Assembly (NCBI GenBank): GCA_050116035.1
Contig: JASFPJ010000002.1
Location: 1 to 41,770, forward strand
Direction: 5' to 3'
DNA length: 41,770 bases
From: Candidatus Aminicenantes bacterium
GTDB taxonomy: Bacteria; Acidobacteriota; Aminicenantia; Aminicenantales; Aminicenantaceae
Shown here: piece by piece, positions 41,731 to 41,770 of the stretch
Layout of the letters: every line of letters begins with the position of its first letter
Position numbering within the stretch: the stretch's first letter is position 1
Translations under genes and position numbers: made by a program
Notes under the pieces: model-generated
What the model saw: the letters and a program-made list of their open reading frames with translations, nothing else
Told to the model about the DNA's origin: nothing
The model's database searches: none

Positions 41731-41770
41731 TTTTGTCTCCTTGATCTATACCATTCTGAATCTTTACTTC

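Noticed and set aside
1-41770. Genomic island / prophage / defence island interpretation of the window
   Set aside because: I could recognise no integrase, transposase, phage structural, restriction-modification, toxin-antitoxin or cas genes, and no tRNA or flanking long direct repeats. SD usage and coding style look uniform across the genes. The content is metabolic and transport housekeeping or accessory, not an obvious mobile island.

Overview
This 41.8-kb window is chromosomal, with strong AGGAGG-type Shine-Dalgarno usage. It probably comes from an uncultured Acidobacteriota/Aminicenantes-like bacterium; that is inferred only from an ADOP-type duplicated FtsX permease and the repeat content.

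I can support 26 protein genes:
- hutU, a lipoprotein, a 7TM-LuxR one-component regulator and a DUF975-like membrane protein
- an RHH-sat-cysC (PAPS synthesis) operon
- a polytopic membrane protein translationally coupled to a vWA lipoprotein
- an 873-aa BNR/Asp-box exoprotein
- a TolC-MFP-RND efflux operon and a NatAB-like ABC-2 exporter
- a Tat-exported Cys-type sulfatase
- a secreted, internally duplicated DUF4438-like protein
- a hydantoinase / group-II PLP decarboxylase / AGCS symporter / hydantoin-racemase operon with a convergent class-III aminotransferase
- two tandem M14 carboxypeptidases, a long-chain acyl-CoA synthetase and an orphan ADOP permease

I saw no rRNA, tRNA, CRISPR-cas, transposase, integrase or recognisable defence genes.

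The intergenic space is unusually long and carries three short repeat families:
1. A 28-34 nt unit, GTCATTGCGAGCG..GGCAATC, with about 23 copies at 7 loci, often forming ~85-nt composite hairpins.
2. A 23-nt palindrome, AAATTGGGGAC-N-GTCCCCAATTT. It sits just upstream of the -35 box of two TTGACT-N17-TATTAT promoters.
3. A hairpin-forming element shared by the leaders of two membrane/transport loci.

The best candidates for new biology are:
- the secreted double-DUF4438 protein and the adjacent non-canonical hydantoinase cluster, which lacks a carbamoylase
- the promoter-proximal palindrome, a possible regulon
- the membrane-protein/vWA-lipoprotein pair
- the conserved leader hairpin

All functional calls rest on motif recognition by eye, since no searches could be run.
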